NCBI GenBank assembly: GCA_003173895.1 | Contig: PJMG01000005.1 | Span: 18,275-82,274 of the forward strand | Direction of reading: 5' to 3' | From: Candidatus Levyibacteriota bacterium | GTDB taxonomy: Bacteria > Patescibacteriota > Microgenomatia > Levybacterales > UBA12049 | DNA length: 64,000 bases | Shown here: piece after piece, positions 1-9,493 of the stretch | Layout: each line of letters begins with the position of its first letter | Position numbering within the stretch: the first letter of the stretch is position 1 | Translations under genes and position numbers: made by a program | The notes under the pieces: generated by a model | Database searches by the model: none | Told to the model about the DNA's origin: nothing | What the model saw: only the letters and a program-made list of their open reading frames with translations

Positions 1-58
1 GTTACATTTGTCAAGGGGTTGCTTGAGTTTTTGATGTTGATTTATTATCATATAACTA

Positions 59-1012
59 ATGCCAGAAAATGAAGTAAAATTTTCAACTGATATTAAGAGC
101 TTTCCTAATAGCAATACTAATATAGAAGATCCACTTTTAGACTTTCTGGACTTCTTGCCCCATAAAGGATCTCTTAAATCACTTGAAGATATATTTGAGG
201 CAATTGGAAGAGGAGAAATATCTATAGCAATTTTGTCTATAGATCATCCGGATCTAAGTCAATTTAACGAAGCTACTTATCTACTCGCATCTTCTGATAA
301 AACCATCTCTGTTACGTCAGAAAGCAGTTTTAATGCAGCTAAAATAACAATCCGGCCAGTAGATTTTACATTTGTTTCTGGCGATGATGAAACAGAAAGT
401 GGTAGTAGAAGACAAGAAAAAAAACCAGCTTTAGAGTTTTCTGTAGTAAAGATAAAGGTAAACGACGATAGTAGTATAGAAACTACAGAATTACCCTATC
501 CCAAAATATCTATTACTTATCAATTAGATGTGACTAAACCAGATCTTACAGATGTCTTTCATGTACATATTAGTGAACCAGATGGATTATCTACTATTAC
601 TATTAATGATAACGAGAATAAAGATGAAATAACTCAAGTACATAAAATAAGAAGTTATGCAGCTAATATCATTTATAATTCTCAAAAATCTGTATCAGAG
701 ACAGAGAAAAAAGTAGAGTTAACAGAAGACATAGCTAAAGATTTCCTAAAAACTCCTTTAAATCCAGATTTAAGTCCTGATAAGAAGCAGGCAGCTAGAG
801 ACAAAATTAATAAAGAACTTAAATCTTTAACTAATAGGGAAAGAGATGTATTAAGATTAAGATTTGGTGTAGATGATGGTAAAATAAGAACACAATTAGA
901 AGTGGCGAAAGAATTAGGAATTTCTCGTGGACGTGTTAGGCAATTAGAAATGGTAGGATTGGCTAAAATACGTCATAAGTTACTTACAAAACAAAGATTA
1001 GAAAATAATTAG
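59..1012 (+). CDS. Protein with C-terminal sigma-70 region 4 HTH only (no recognisable region 2/3)
   Basis: The C-terminal ~55 aa (RERDVLRLRFGVDDGKIRTQLEVAKELGISRGRVRQLEMVGLAKIRH) closely match the RpoD region 4.2 consensus (LTxRExxVLRxRFG...TLEEVGxxFxVTRERIRQIEAKALRKLRH). The N-terminal 250 aa lack the region 2 signature. Confidence 0.6.
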   Translation: MPENEVKFSTDIKSFPNSNTNIEDPLLDFLDFLPHKGSLKSLEDIFEAIGRGEISIAILSIDHPDLSQFNEATYLLASSDKTISVTSESSFNAAKITIRPVDFTFVSGDDETESGSRRQEKKPALEFSVVKIKVNDDSSIETTELPYPKISITYQLDVTKPDLTDVFHVHISEPDGLSTITINDNENKDEITQVHKIRSYAANIIYNSQKSVSETEKKVELTEDIAKDFLKTPLNPDLSPDKKQAARDKINKELKSLTNRERDVLRLRFGVDDGKIRTQLEVAKELGISRGRVRQLEMVGLAKIRHKLLTKQRLENN

Positions 1013-1437
1013 TCTTTAAATTTTACTCTCTTCTGGCAGTTTTTACATAATCCAAAGAATTCTAAAGTATGTCTTTTTATTAAAAAATCATGGTCACGAG
1101 CAATTTCCTTTTCAATTTTTGGCACCATAGTGTCTGGAATATCTTCGATAGCTCCGCAATTCTCGCAAATTAAATGATGATGATCGTCGCTACTGATCTC
1201 ATATCTAGCTTTTCCTTCTTGAAACTCCAATCGTCTTAAAATTCCATGTGCAGTAAGTGTATTTAAAATTCTAAAAATAGTAACACGATCCACGCCTAAT
1301 TTTTTCTGCATAATTTCTATTAGCGACTGTGCATCCACTGGTCTTTTCTCTATACTTATTGTTTCTAAGAGAAATTTTCTAGCGTCTGTAGCTTTTAAAT
1401 TATGATCAGAAAGCGTTTGTTGTATATCATTTTTCAT
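1009..1437 (-). CDS. Fur-family metal-responsive transcriptional regulator
   Basis: 142 aa. Has the HHHLICENCG...CKNC metal-binding motifs and an N-terminal winged helix typical of Fur/Zur/PerR. Confidence 0.75.
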   Translation of the reverse strand: MKNDIQQTLSDHNLKATDARKFLLETISIEKRPVDAQSLIEIMQKKLGVDRVTIFRILNTLTAHGILRRLEFQEGKARYEISSDDHHHLICENCGAIEDIPDTMVPKIEKEIARDHDFLIKRHTLEFFGLCKNCQKRVKFKD

Positions 1438-1555
1438 AAAAGGATTATAGCATAAAGTTTATTTTTTTAGCTTAAAAGTGACAAAAGTTTCTGCCTATAA
1501 TTGCTAGTTAGGTTTGACAAAATGTTAGTAAACATATATGAATTAAGTAAGTATA

Positions 1556-2728
1556 ATGAGTTTATTTATTCCAGCTCTTAAAAATAAATTAGAGGATAAT
1601 TCTAACGCAGAATTTGATAAATATTATCAAACACTTTCTTTAATAGCTGAAAAAGCCAGAATCATTATGAATGGTAAATATAGCTCCGTGTTTAAAATGG
1701 TAAATGGGCAAGTAGAGAGAATTTATGCTTCATCTCCTATTTTATTTAAACTCAAGCCCCGACCTTCGGGTAATACCGCTTTAGCCTATAAAGAATTTAA
1801 ATCTTATCTATTAAATAAAAATCAACTTATAGAAATCCATCCAGAATTCGAAAATTTTCAAGCAGGATCAGATATATCCGTTCCTTTGTACTATAAAAAT
1901 GAAGTTTTCGGAGTTTTATCTATATTATCACATCCTGATAACTCGTACTCTACAAATGATCTGAATAAATTAGAAGCTTTTTCTAATATAGCCACACAGT
2001 TACTAAAAGATAATAAAGAATTATTAAAACTTAATCGTAATTTAAATTCTTATAATCTTTTTCTATCAATGACTGCTCATGAACTTAAAACTCCTCTTAC
2101 TATAGTCTCCATTTATTCTCAAATATTAGCTCAAAAAACAGATTCTCACAAATTAGAAAATAAAATTAAACCTAAATTATTATCTCAAGTAGAAAGATTA
2201 ACTAAATTAACTAATGAATTAATGCAAATAAATCAAATAAAATCAGGTAAGTTAAAATTTAATATTAATGAAAATAATATTAAAAATCTTATAGAAGAAG
2301 TTCTAACTAATTTTAAAAACGCCTATCCAAATTACATATATATATTTAGCCATAAACTCTTAAAAGAAGATGAAACTGTACTTATAGATAGAGATAAAAT
2401 AATTCAAGCGATAATTAATTTGCTAGCTAATGCAGTTAAATTTTCTCCTGAAAATTCTACTATTAAATTAAATTTATTTAGGAATAAATCTTTTGTACTG
2501 TTGGAGATAGTAGATCAAGGAGTAGGTATAGCTAAAAATAATTTAGCTAAAATTTTTACTCAATTTTATAAAGGAGAAAAAAATAAATATGAAGGATTGG
2601 GTTTAGGACTATACTTAGTAAAGTATGTTATGGAAGTGCATAAAGGTAAAATAACAGTTGAATCAAAGGCAAATAAAGGAACTACTATAACTCTTTATTT
2701 ACCTCTTCCCCATGATAGAAAAAGATAA
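1556..2728 (+). CDS. Cytoplasmic sensor histidine kinase (GAF-like N-terminus)
   Basis: H-box MTAHELKTPLT; N-box NLLANAVKFSP; G1 DQGVGI; G2 GLGLGLYLVK. No transmembrane segments. Confidence 0.8.
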   Translation: MSLFIPALKNKLEDNSNAEFDKYYQTLSLIAEKARIIMNGKYSSVFKMVNGQVERIYASSPILFKLKPRPSGNTALAYKEFKSYLLNKNQLIEIHPEFENFQAGSDISVPLYYKNEVFGVLSILSHPDNSYSTNDLNKLEAFSNIATQLLKDNKELLKLNRNLNSYNLFLSMTAHELKTPLTIVSIYSQILAQKTDSHKLENKIKPKLLSQVERLTKLTNELMQINQIKSGKLKFNINENNIKNLIEEVLTNFKNAYPNYIYIFSHKLLKEDETVLIDRDKIIQAIINLLANAVKFSPENSTIKLNLFRNKSFVLLEIVDQGVGIAKNNLAKIFTQFYKGEKNKYEGLGLGLYLVKYVMEVHKGKITVESKANKGTTITLYLPLPHDRKR

Positions 2729-3989
2729 TGAATTATATTCTCCTTCTCATTTAATAATAGCTCCAGAAAAACAAATATTACTTGATAGAATGGATAGTTT
2801 AAGGAAATTGCCAGAGTCATTTATTAGATTACACTTTCAACTCTTAGATTCTTTAAAAGACGTGGCTAATGGTTTTACTTCCTCATTCTTAAATGAAATA
2901 AAGCAAATATCTCAGAAAAAATTAAAACCAGAGGATATGAAAAAATATCTTTTTTTTAACGAAGGGTTACCAGGCTCTGGGAAAACATATTCTACTTCCC
3001 TACTCTTAGACTACTTCACTGAAATTCAAACTAATGTAAAAGAAAGATATAACATTAATATAAAAGTTACTCATTTGCATTGGGATTATGTAGAAAGAAG
3101 ATTAATTAAAAAAAGAATTCTGCCAAAAACTAATCGACCCTCTACTGCTGAGGAATTAATTATGGTTAATAACGAAATTATAAAAATGATCTTAGAACAA
3201 CTAAAAAAAAAGAAACCAACGATCATACTAATTGATGAACCTAATGGTACAGGACTTCCCCGAGGAAGTAGAAGAGAAAGACATGCTCGTGAATATCCTA
3301 TAGACATTTTACCTAATATTTTAAATACCAGAATGGAATTTAATCATGTAAATAGAAAAAAATTATGTATTGCAGCGTGTGGATATATAGCAGGTCCAAA
3401 TATGGAGATTTTTAATCGCTATCGAGATTTAATTAAATCTGTTAGAAATCTGAATCAAGCAAATGAGATAAATAGAATTTTTAAGAAGAAAATTTTTAAA
3501 AATAATTCAGACTGGGAAGAAGCCAAAAGTGGTGGAAATAAAAAAGTAATTGATAGAGCTGCATCAGCAGGGAAAATATATTTATTAGCTAATGATTTAA
3601 AAAATAAATTGTCTAAATTTATATTAACTATAATTACTACTAATAATTTTACAAAATTTAGTACGAAAAATTTCGCTTCTTCTCTTATGAAAGAACTAAA
3701 ATGGCTTGCTCAAAATGAAGAAAATGATTCTTACGAATTTAATTTACTAATTGATCAAATTTATCAAATATCAAAGAAGAAAGGATTAATTACATTCGAT
3801 TTTAATATGTTAAAAAGAGTATGTGAAAGAATAGCAAATGCTTTAGTTTTAGAAAAAAATATATTTGGTGAAGAATGGGAGGAAAAACCTGACTTCGCTA
3901 CGATTATTTATAATAATCCTTCCTTACCTAACTTAAGCAAAGAAGAGTTTTTAATTATAAAGAGATTAGAAAAAGAATTATCGAAGTGA
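2712..3989 (+). CDS. P-loop NTPase of unknown function, translationally coupled to the histidine kinase
   Basis: Walker A GLPGSGKTYS and Walker B-like IILIDEP. Its start overlaps the kinase stop by 17 nt. Confidence 0.5.
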   Translation: MIEKDNELYSPSHLIIAPEKQILLDRMDSLRKLPESFIRLHFQLLDSLKDVANGFTSSFLNEIKQISQKKLKPEDMKKYLFFNEGLPGSGKTYSTSLLLDYFTEIQTNVKERYNINIKVTHLHWDYVERRLIKKRILPKTNRPSTAEELIMVNNEIIKMILEQLKKKKPTIILIDEPNGTGLPRGSRRERHAREYPIDILPNILNTRMEFNHVNRKKLCIAACGYIAGPNMEIFNRYRDLIKSVRNLNQANEINRIFKKKIFKNNSDWEEAKSGGNKKVIDRAASAGKIYLLANDLKNKLSKFILTIITTNNFTKFSTKNFASSLMKELKWLAQNEENDSYEFNLLIDQIYQISKKKGLITFDFNMLKRVCERIANALVLEKNIFGEEWEEKPDFATIIYNNPSLPNLSKEEFLIIKRLEKELSK

Positions 3990-4035
3990 CTAATTTGAAT
4001 ATCCTTAAAAACTTTTATATTATATTAAATAAAAG

Positions 4036-4740
4036 ATGAAATCTTTAAATGTAATTTTCACACTTTATTCTCTAACTGCACTGATTATAATTATTGAGAG
4101 ATTATCTACTACTACACGAATACTTTTACCTCCATATAATTTTATAAGACTTCATGAATTAAATCAGACAGTAATATTTTTATCTATAACAGTTATTTTA
4201 TCTTTTTTTATTCTAAAACTTGTAACCAATAATTTTGAGGCGCTAAAGCAAAAAAGTGGTTTTTGGCTGACTTTATTATTTATTGTCGGAACTTATCTTT
4301 ATGGAGCAGGAGAAGGTTGGCATGAAGTAGCCAGTTTTACTTTAAACCAATATTGTAATCTAAATCATTTAGCAGATAATTTGTGTAATGGTCTTTTTAT
4401 TAATGATTATTACACTGGAAATATTATATTTTTCATTGGTGGAGTTTTAATGAATACTACCTTAATGATATTGTCCTTAAAAAAGCCGGTCAAGAATTTT
4501 AATAATAAAGATATGAATATTTTACTTCTTAATAGTGTCGTTTATGCTTTTACATGGTTTGCTTATGCGGCATTTGATAAAGTGCTAATTGGTTTAATTT
4601 TTTCAGCTACTTTAACATTAATTTCTGGATATTTGTTTCTTAAAATTAAAAATAAGTTTAGAGAATATCCATATATAACTTATAGTGCAATTGCTTACCT
4701 TTTAGCTACGCTAACCACTTTGATAATTAAATTAGTTTAA
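4036..4740 (+). CDS. Hypothetical polytopic membrane protein
   Basis: 234-aa ORF with several hydrophobic segments. Confidence 0.5.
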   Translation: MKSLNVIFTLYSLTALIIIIERLSTTTRILLPPYNFIRLHELNQTVIFLSITVILSFFILKLVTNNFEALKQKSGFWLTLLFIVGTYLYGAGEGWHEVASFTLNQYCNLNHLADNLCNGLFINDYYTGNIIFFIGGVLMNTTLMILSLKKPVKNFNNKDMNILLLNSVVYAFTWFAYAAFDKVLIGLIFSATLTLISGYLFLKIKNKFREYPYITYSAIAYLLATLTTLIIKLV

Positions 4741-4755
4741 TTATCTGTTCATTCT

Positions 4756-5427
4756 TTACAAAGCTTGTAATTGTGATAGTGCCCGTTTCATTCCTCGAGG
4801 ACACGGATCAGTATCATTACCTGTGTCTCGATGGGGATATGTAGCTTTCTTTTCATCTTCAGCCGGTCGTACTGGTAAGAGAATAGGATACCCTTCAGAT
4901 AGTTGTATAAGTCCTAGTAATTGTTGATTTGTAGAGTCAATTATTATTTTTTGTCCGGATGCTGTTGCTAAAATAGTGTTAGATAACTCATCCACCATTC
5001 TTTGACGATGCCAATTTGCAGAATCTGGTGTATAATTTCCATCTGTACCTGTACTGAGTCTGGCTAAAAGATTAGTTTGTTCTACAGATAAATTATGCTT
5101 TCTTGAAGTTTGACTTAAATTTCTTAACCAGCTTATAGATAACATTTCTGCTGCATCTTTACCGGAATCCACTTGTTTAGCACTTATTACTAGTCTATCC
5201 GGAATAGCTATCCAACTTCTTATTAATCTTTGTCTGACTGTATTATTATTTATAATTGCTAATGCTAACCTATCAATTCCTACCTTAAAAAAATTATCTA
5301 TTACTCCTCCCGTTTCAATAAGTCCTCCTCCACCATATTCCGCTTTTCTGACATGATCAATAAAATTTAAATTAGTTTTCCAGTTTGCGGCATCCTGAGG
5401 AGTTAAATTAGTAGAGATTTCTCTCAT
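4756..5427 (-). CDS. Hypothetical protein
   Basis: 223-aa ORF with a Gly-rich segment (GGGGLIETGG). Last gene of a three-gene minus-strand operon. Confidence 0.5.
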   Translation of the reverse strand: MREISTNLTPQDAANWKTNLNFIDHVRKAEYGGGGLIETGGVIDNFFKVGIDRLALAIINNNTVRQRLIRSWIAIPDRLVISAKQVDSGKDAAEMLSISWLRNLSQTSRKHNLSVEQTNLLARLSTGTDGNYTPDSANWHRQRMVDELSNTILATASGQKIIIDSTNQQLLGLIQLSEGYPILLPVRPAEDEKKATYPHRDTGNDTDPCPRGMKRALSQLQAL

Positions 5428-5492
5428 ATAATTTATTTTAGTATGTGTAATTTAATTACACTTGTCAAGCGAAGTGAACATAATATATAAGA

Positions 5493-6539
5493 TTAATTAG
5501 TAGGTTCGTTTTTGGGTGGTATAAAATAATTCCAAAAATTTTCTATCATAACTTTTATTATATTTTGTTTTCCTATAGCTATTTGTTCTGATGTCATATC
5601 TTCAATATTTAAATTACCTCTCTTTAATACATTCATAAAAATTTTATTTGCATCTGTTGGTATTATAGTTCTCATTAATTGTTCTCTGAGATAAACAAAA
5701 TCTGTTTTTATCCTTTCTAATCCTAATGCAATTAATTCACGTTGATTTAAGTTAACTCTACCAGTTTTTTCTGCAGCTCTTTTTCCTGCTTCTTCCAATG
5801 CCGATGGATTAGCGGTAATTAATTCCAACTTCCCTATTTGATAATTAGTAAGATCATGCTTTTCTTGTAGAATAGTTTTTCCAAATTCATTAAGTTGACT
5901 GAATCCTGCATCCTTTGCTAAGAAAAATAAATCATAGTCATCTATTCCGAAAATAACACCAAATAATTTTTTAGTTATTTCAGTAGGCATTTTCATTTGT
6001 GAATATTTTCTAGGATCAAAAGAACCTAAATCCGGAGCATTAGTAGCATTTAAGTGTTGGGTATGTGTAGCTATAACTTGATCAAAAAATTCTTGGGGAG
6101 ACAAAGAATAATCTAAAACAGCAGAAGAATTTACAGTTTCTACTCTCGGATCTTTTATCGCTTTCGCCACAGCGGCTACCATAAGAACTGTCCTAGCCAT
6201 ATCTGCAGCAGCTTTATTAATAAAGTTTTCATCCGGTTCTGAATAAAAGTCAGTAGGATGATTTTGAACTAATTCAAGATATAATTTGTTATCTTCTAAT
6301 TTAAATTCTAGACGTGTTAAAGGTAAATTTGGATCATCGATAAAAGTAATGCCCAGATTATCTGAGTCAGTAATAAAAATACGTTTAGCAATATTCGCAG
6401 ATTGCTCCACCGCTTGGATAGGGGAATGGGTTAGAATATCTAAAGTTTTGTCAACTGTGTTTAAAAAATTATTTCTTCTTTGTTCTGCATTTACTTGAGC
6501 TTCTGCATATGAAAAATCATGTTGTTCTTCAGGTGTCAT
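5493..6539 (-). CDS. Hypothetical protein
   Basis: 348-aa ORF with no recognised motifs. Confidence 0.5.
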   Translation of the reverse strand: MTPEEQHDFSYAEAQVNAEQRRNNFLNTVDKTLDILTHSPIQAVEQSANIAKRIFITDSDNLGITFIDDPNLPLTRLEFKLEDNKLYLELVQNHPTDFYSEPDENFINKAAADMARTVLMVAAVAKAIKDPRVETVNSSAVLDYSLSPQEFFDQVIATHTQHLNATNAPDLGSFDPRKYSQMKMPTEITKKLFGVIFGIDDYDLFFLAKDAGFSQLNEFGKTILQEKHDLTNYQIGKLELITANPSALEEAGKRAAEKTGRVNLNQRELIALGLERIKTDFVYLREQLMRTIIPTDANKIFMNVLKRGNLNIEDMTSEQIAIGKQNIIKVMIENFWNYFIPPKNEPTN

Positions 6540-6564
6540 AAAAATATCATAACAAATTTTGAAT

Positions 6565-7194
6565 TTAATTTTCCTCTTCAGGTTCTGCTAGATTATAATC
6601 TTTAAGTAAAACTCTTAAACGTTTGATATCCATTTCCATAATTGGGTCATAATCCATTTTTAATCTGTTATCTAAAAATTTTAAAAGAGGTTCATCATAA
6701 TATTCATCATATGAATTTACCCAGTCTCTTATAATTTGTCTTCCTACTTGGGCTTCTTCTACAGCATTATTACTTTCACCAGCTTCCAGTTGAAATCTAT
6801 CCATAAGTAACCCAGTTTCTACTAAAATAATTCCTGCTTCAAAACCAGAAGCTCCGTCTTTATCAAAAATACCTAATTCGCCCTCAGATTCTATACCAAA
6901 ATATTCATCAGCTGTTTCATAGAAATTGGTTTTACCAATATACTCATCATTCTCATTAAACATTTCTTTTAAGAGTCTAGCCTTATAATAAGGAGTAGCA
7001 GCTGTTTGATCTACTAAAAATTTTAGTTCTAATAATAAATTTTTTCTTTGAGTAATAAGCTCTACCGGTGAAAAATTTAATCTTCCCATAGTCCATGGAT
7101 CATCTACATTTAATTCAACCAGTCTTTTAAATATTTCGAACACTCTGGAAGCATTAGCTTCTGGTGTAGGGGATGAATTTTCAGGTGTTGGCAT
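6565..7194 (-). CDS. Hypothetical acidic protein
   Basis: 209-aa ORF rich in Glu/Asp. Confidence 0.5.
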   Translation of the reverse strand: MPTPENSSPTPEANASRVFEIFKRLVELNVDDPWTMGRLNFSPVELITQRKNLLLELKFLVDQTAATPYYKARLLKEMFNENDEYIGKTNFYETADEYFGIESEGELGIFDKDGASGFEAGIILVETGLLMDRFQLEAGESNNAVEEAQVGRQIIRDWVNSYDEYYDEPLLKFLDNRLKMDYDPIMEMDIKRLRVLLKDYNLAEPEEEN

Positions 7195-7271
7195 ATCAGC
7201 AACAATATAACAAAAGAAACCTATAATAGCAAGAGGTTTTTTATGTTGATTTTTTAAGCTATAATCATTTA

Positions 7272-8441
7272 ATGAAAGCTAAATTCATTTTCTTTTTCAG
7301 CTTTATAGTTTTAGCATTTTTAAGTTTAATTTTACCCAAATTTACGTTTGCTCAGGTAGATCAGTCCTCTTCTCCACCTCCAGATATAAAACAAACTTTT
7401 GCTAAAGGAGTAGTGATAAGTTTATCCAATGGGTCTCAAAAAACATTTGAAAATAACATAAGTTATGTTTTACAAATGGCTAAGGTAAAAATTACAGAAG
7501 GAGTGGAAAATGGAAAAGTAGTTCAGATAACTTATGATCCACAAAACATTCCAGATTTAAAATTGCACTTAGGAGATCAAGTTATCGTTACTCGCGAAGT
7601 GCAGAATGGAAAACAAGTAAATTATTATATCAATGATAAATATAGACTTCCCTATCTCGAAATAGCCATTATAGCTTTTTTAATACTCGCTGTTTTAGTA
7701 GTGGGTAAAAAGGGACTGGGAGGATTAATAGGCTTTTTATTTAGTATTTTTATAATTTTTATTTATATTGTTCCTCAAATTTTAAAAGGTGCAGATCCAC
7801 TAACTATTTGTTTTATAGGTTCTATAATTATCCTATTTATTTCTACTTATATAGCTCATGGAATTTCTTATAAAACGACTATTGCTGTAATATCTACATT
7901 AATTTCTCTCTCTTTAACCTATTTTATTTCTAAATTTTTAGTTAATTCGGCTATAGTTACAGGATATGGTAATTCGGACGCAGCAGATTTAAGATTTAGC
8001 ACTTCGACTGTCATAGATTTAAAAAGTTTATTACTCGGTGGAATTATGATAGGAACTTTAGGAGCATTAAATGATATTACTACTACTCAAGCAGCGACTA
8101 TAAAAGAAATTTTTGATTTGCATAAAGAAATTACATTTAAGCATTTGTTTATTAAAAGTTTAAATGTGGGTCGTGAACATGCAGTATCTATTATTAATAC
8201 TATTATTTTAGCTTATGCTGGGGTATCTTTAGCAGTTTTTATATTTTTTATGTATAACCCACAACACTGGCCTTATTGGGTAATTTTAAATAGCGAGAAT
8301 GTAGCTGAGGAATTAATAAAAACTTTAGCAGGAACTTTCGGTTTGTTATTAGCAGTTCCATTAGTTACTCTACTTGGTTCCTTATTTTATGCTAAAGATG
8401 TTAGAGAAGGTATGAAAAAAGTAGTTTATAAACTTAGATGA
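7272..8441 (+). CDS. Polytopic membrane protein with N-terminal signal/anchor (possibly YibE/F-like)
   Basis: N-terminal hydrophobic segment, a soluble ~100-aa domain, then 6-8 TM helices. Confidence 0.45.
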   Translation: MKAKFIFFFSFIVLAFLSLILPKFTFAQVDQSSSPPPDIKQTFAKGVVISLSNGSQKTFENNISYVLQMAKVKITEGVENGKVVQITYDPQNIPDLKLHLGDQVIVTREVQNGKQVNYYINDKYRLPYLEIAIIAFLILAVLVVGKKGLGGLIGFLFSIFIIFIYIVPQILKGADPLTICFIGSIIILFISTYIAHGISYKTTIAVISTLISLSLTYFISKFLVNSAIVTGYGNSDAADLRFSTSTVIDLKSLLLGGIMIGTLGALNDITTTQAATIKEIFDLHKEITFKHLFIKSLNVGREHAVSIINTIILAYAGVSLAVFIFFMYNPQHWPYWVILNSENVAEELIKTLAGTFGLLLAVPLVTLLGSLFYAKDVREGMKKVVYKLR

Positions 8442-8442
8442 A

Positions 8443-8952
8443 TTACTGCCTAAGAGCTACAATAACGTCTTGTTTTTTACCATTTATTAATTTCTTACCT
8501 TCTACAAGTAAAAAGCTATTTCTCCTAGCTGATACAAAATCTCTACCCTTATCTAAATCTTCATAAACAGCAGCTCCCTTTTGACGTAATTTTACTTCTG
8601 CATACCATGTCAATGGACGTGTAGGATCCCAAAATTCTGTCATCGTTGGAGGTAAAAGTAACTCTTCTATTTGACCATTATCTGGATTTTTTCCTTTCAC
8701 ATTAAGTGAGCCACTAGGTGAGATAATAGAACCATCTTTTTGAAAAATAGTGACAATTTGTGCACTAGTAAGACTATCTAAGAATAAAACTAAATTATCA
8801 CCTATATTAATATACCCTCCCTCAACTCTTCTAATAATATCAGCAATTGTAGGTACTGTTTCTTTTTGTGCTACAGTTCCTTCAAAATAAGTAACTTCTT
8901 TTTTTAAGGGTGGTCCTTCCTGTGGCATAATATAATAAATATTATACACCAT
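8443..8952 (-). CDS. Hypothetical protein
   Basis: 169-aa ORF. Confidence 0.45.
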   Translation of the reverse strand: MVYNIYYIMPQEGPPLKKEVTYFEGTVAQKETVPTIADIIRRVEGGYINIGDNLVLFLDSLTSAQIVTIFQKDGSIISPSGSLNVKGKNPDNGQIEELLLPPTMTEFWDPTRPLTWYAEVKLRQKGAAVYEDLDKGRDFVSARRNSFLLVEGKKLINGKKQDVIVALRQ

Positions 8953-9029
8953 AATATCAATAAGTGTTAATATAAAAACATACTAATGCTTTTCAGATAC
9001 TTTTCAGAGTGTTCACATAAGCTTAAAAA

Positions 9030-9491
9030 ATGAAGAAATTTATTCCTATAACCTTACTTGCCATTGTTTTTTTTGCGTTGGTTTGGATACGATCTTTTAA
9101 AAATAATGATGAAAATGTTACTGTAGGTAATTCCAACCAAACAAATTTAACTAGTACTCCGACTCCATCTTCTTCCGGTGGAAATAGCACTCCAACCTCT
9201 TCATTTGCTAAATATAAAGATGGGACATATACTGGTCAGGTAGCAGATGCATTTTATGGAAATCTACAAGTCCAAGCCACTATCTCTGGAGGTAAAATTA
9301 CTGATGTACAATTTTTACAGTATCCAAATGATAATGGAACTACGCTAGAAGTTAATAAGCAAGCAATGCCTATTTTAAAACAAGAAGCCATTACGAAACA
9401 AGCAGCCAATGTAGATATCGTAACTGGTGCATCTCAATCTAGCCAAGCTTTCCAACAGTCACTTCAATCTGCTTTGAATCAAGCAATGTAA
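9030..9491 (+). CDS. FMN-binding domain protein (NqrC/RnfG-like), membrane anchored
   Basis: N-terminal TM anchor, an S/T-rich linker, then an FMN_bind-type domain carrying the flavinylation motif D-I-V-T-G-A-S (Dxx[ST]GA[ST]). Confidence 0.65.
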   Translation: MKKFIPITLLAIVFFALVWIRSFKNNDENVTVGNSNQTNLTSTPTPSSSGGNSTPTSSFAKYKDGTYTGQVADAFYGNLQVQATISGGKITDVQFLQYPNDNGTTLEVNKQAMPILKQEAITKQAANVDIVTGASQSSQAFQQSLQSALNQAM

Positions 9492-9493
9492 AA

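Noticed and set aside
1438-1555. Looked for a Fur-box palindrome between fur and the kinase gene
   Set aside because: Only a weak AT-rich partial palindrome (cctataattgctagttagg) is present, and it cannot be distinguished from background in this AT-rich DNA.
3086-3307. Short antisense or nested ORFs from the six-frame track (e.g. 3086-3307, 6286-6498, 17078-17473, 19825-20088, 28726-28923, 32586-32792, 41796-41978, 43158-43505, 46758-46985, 49708-49896, 52702-52896, 53719-53904, 54616-54834, 55345-55608, 57449-57634, 61117-61305)
   Set aside because: All lie wholly inside longer ORFs that have clear family motifs or better coding character. Their low-complexity translations are typical of AT-rich antisense frames.
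8443-8952. GDNLVLFLDS in the 169-aa protein resembled signal peptidase I box E
   Set aside because: The motif sits near the N-terminus rather than the C-terminus, and the other SPase boxes (SM, K box) are absent.
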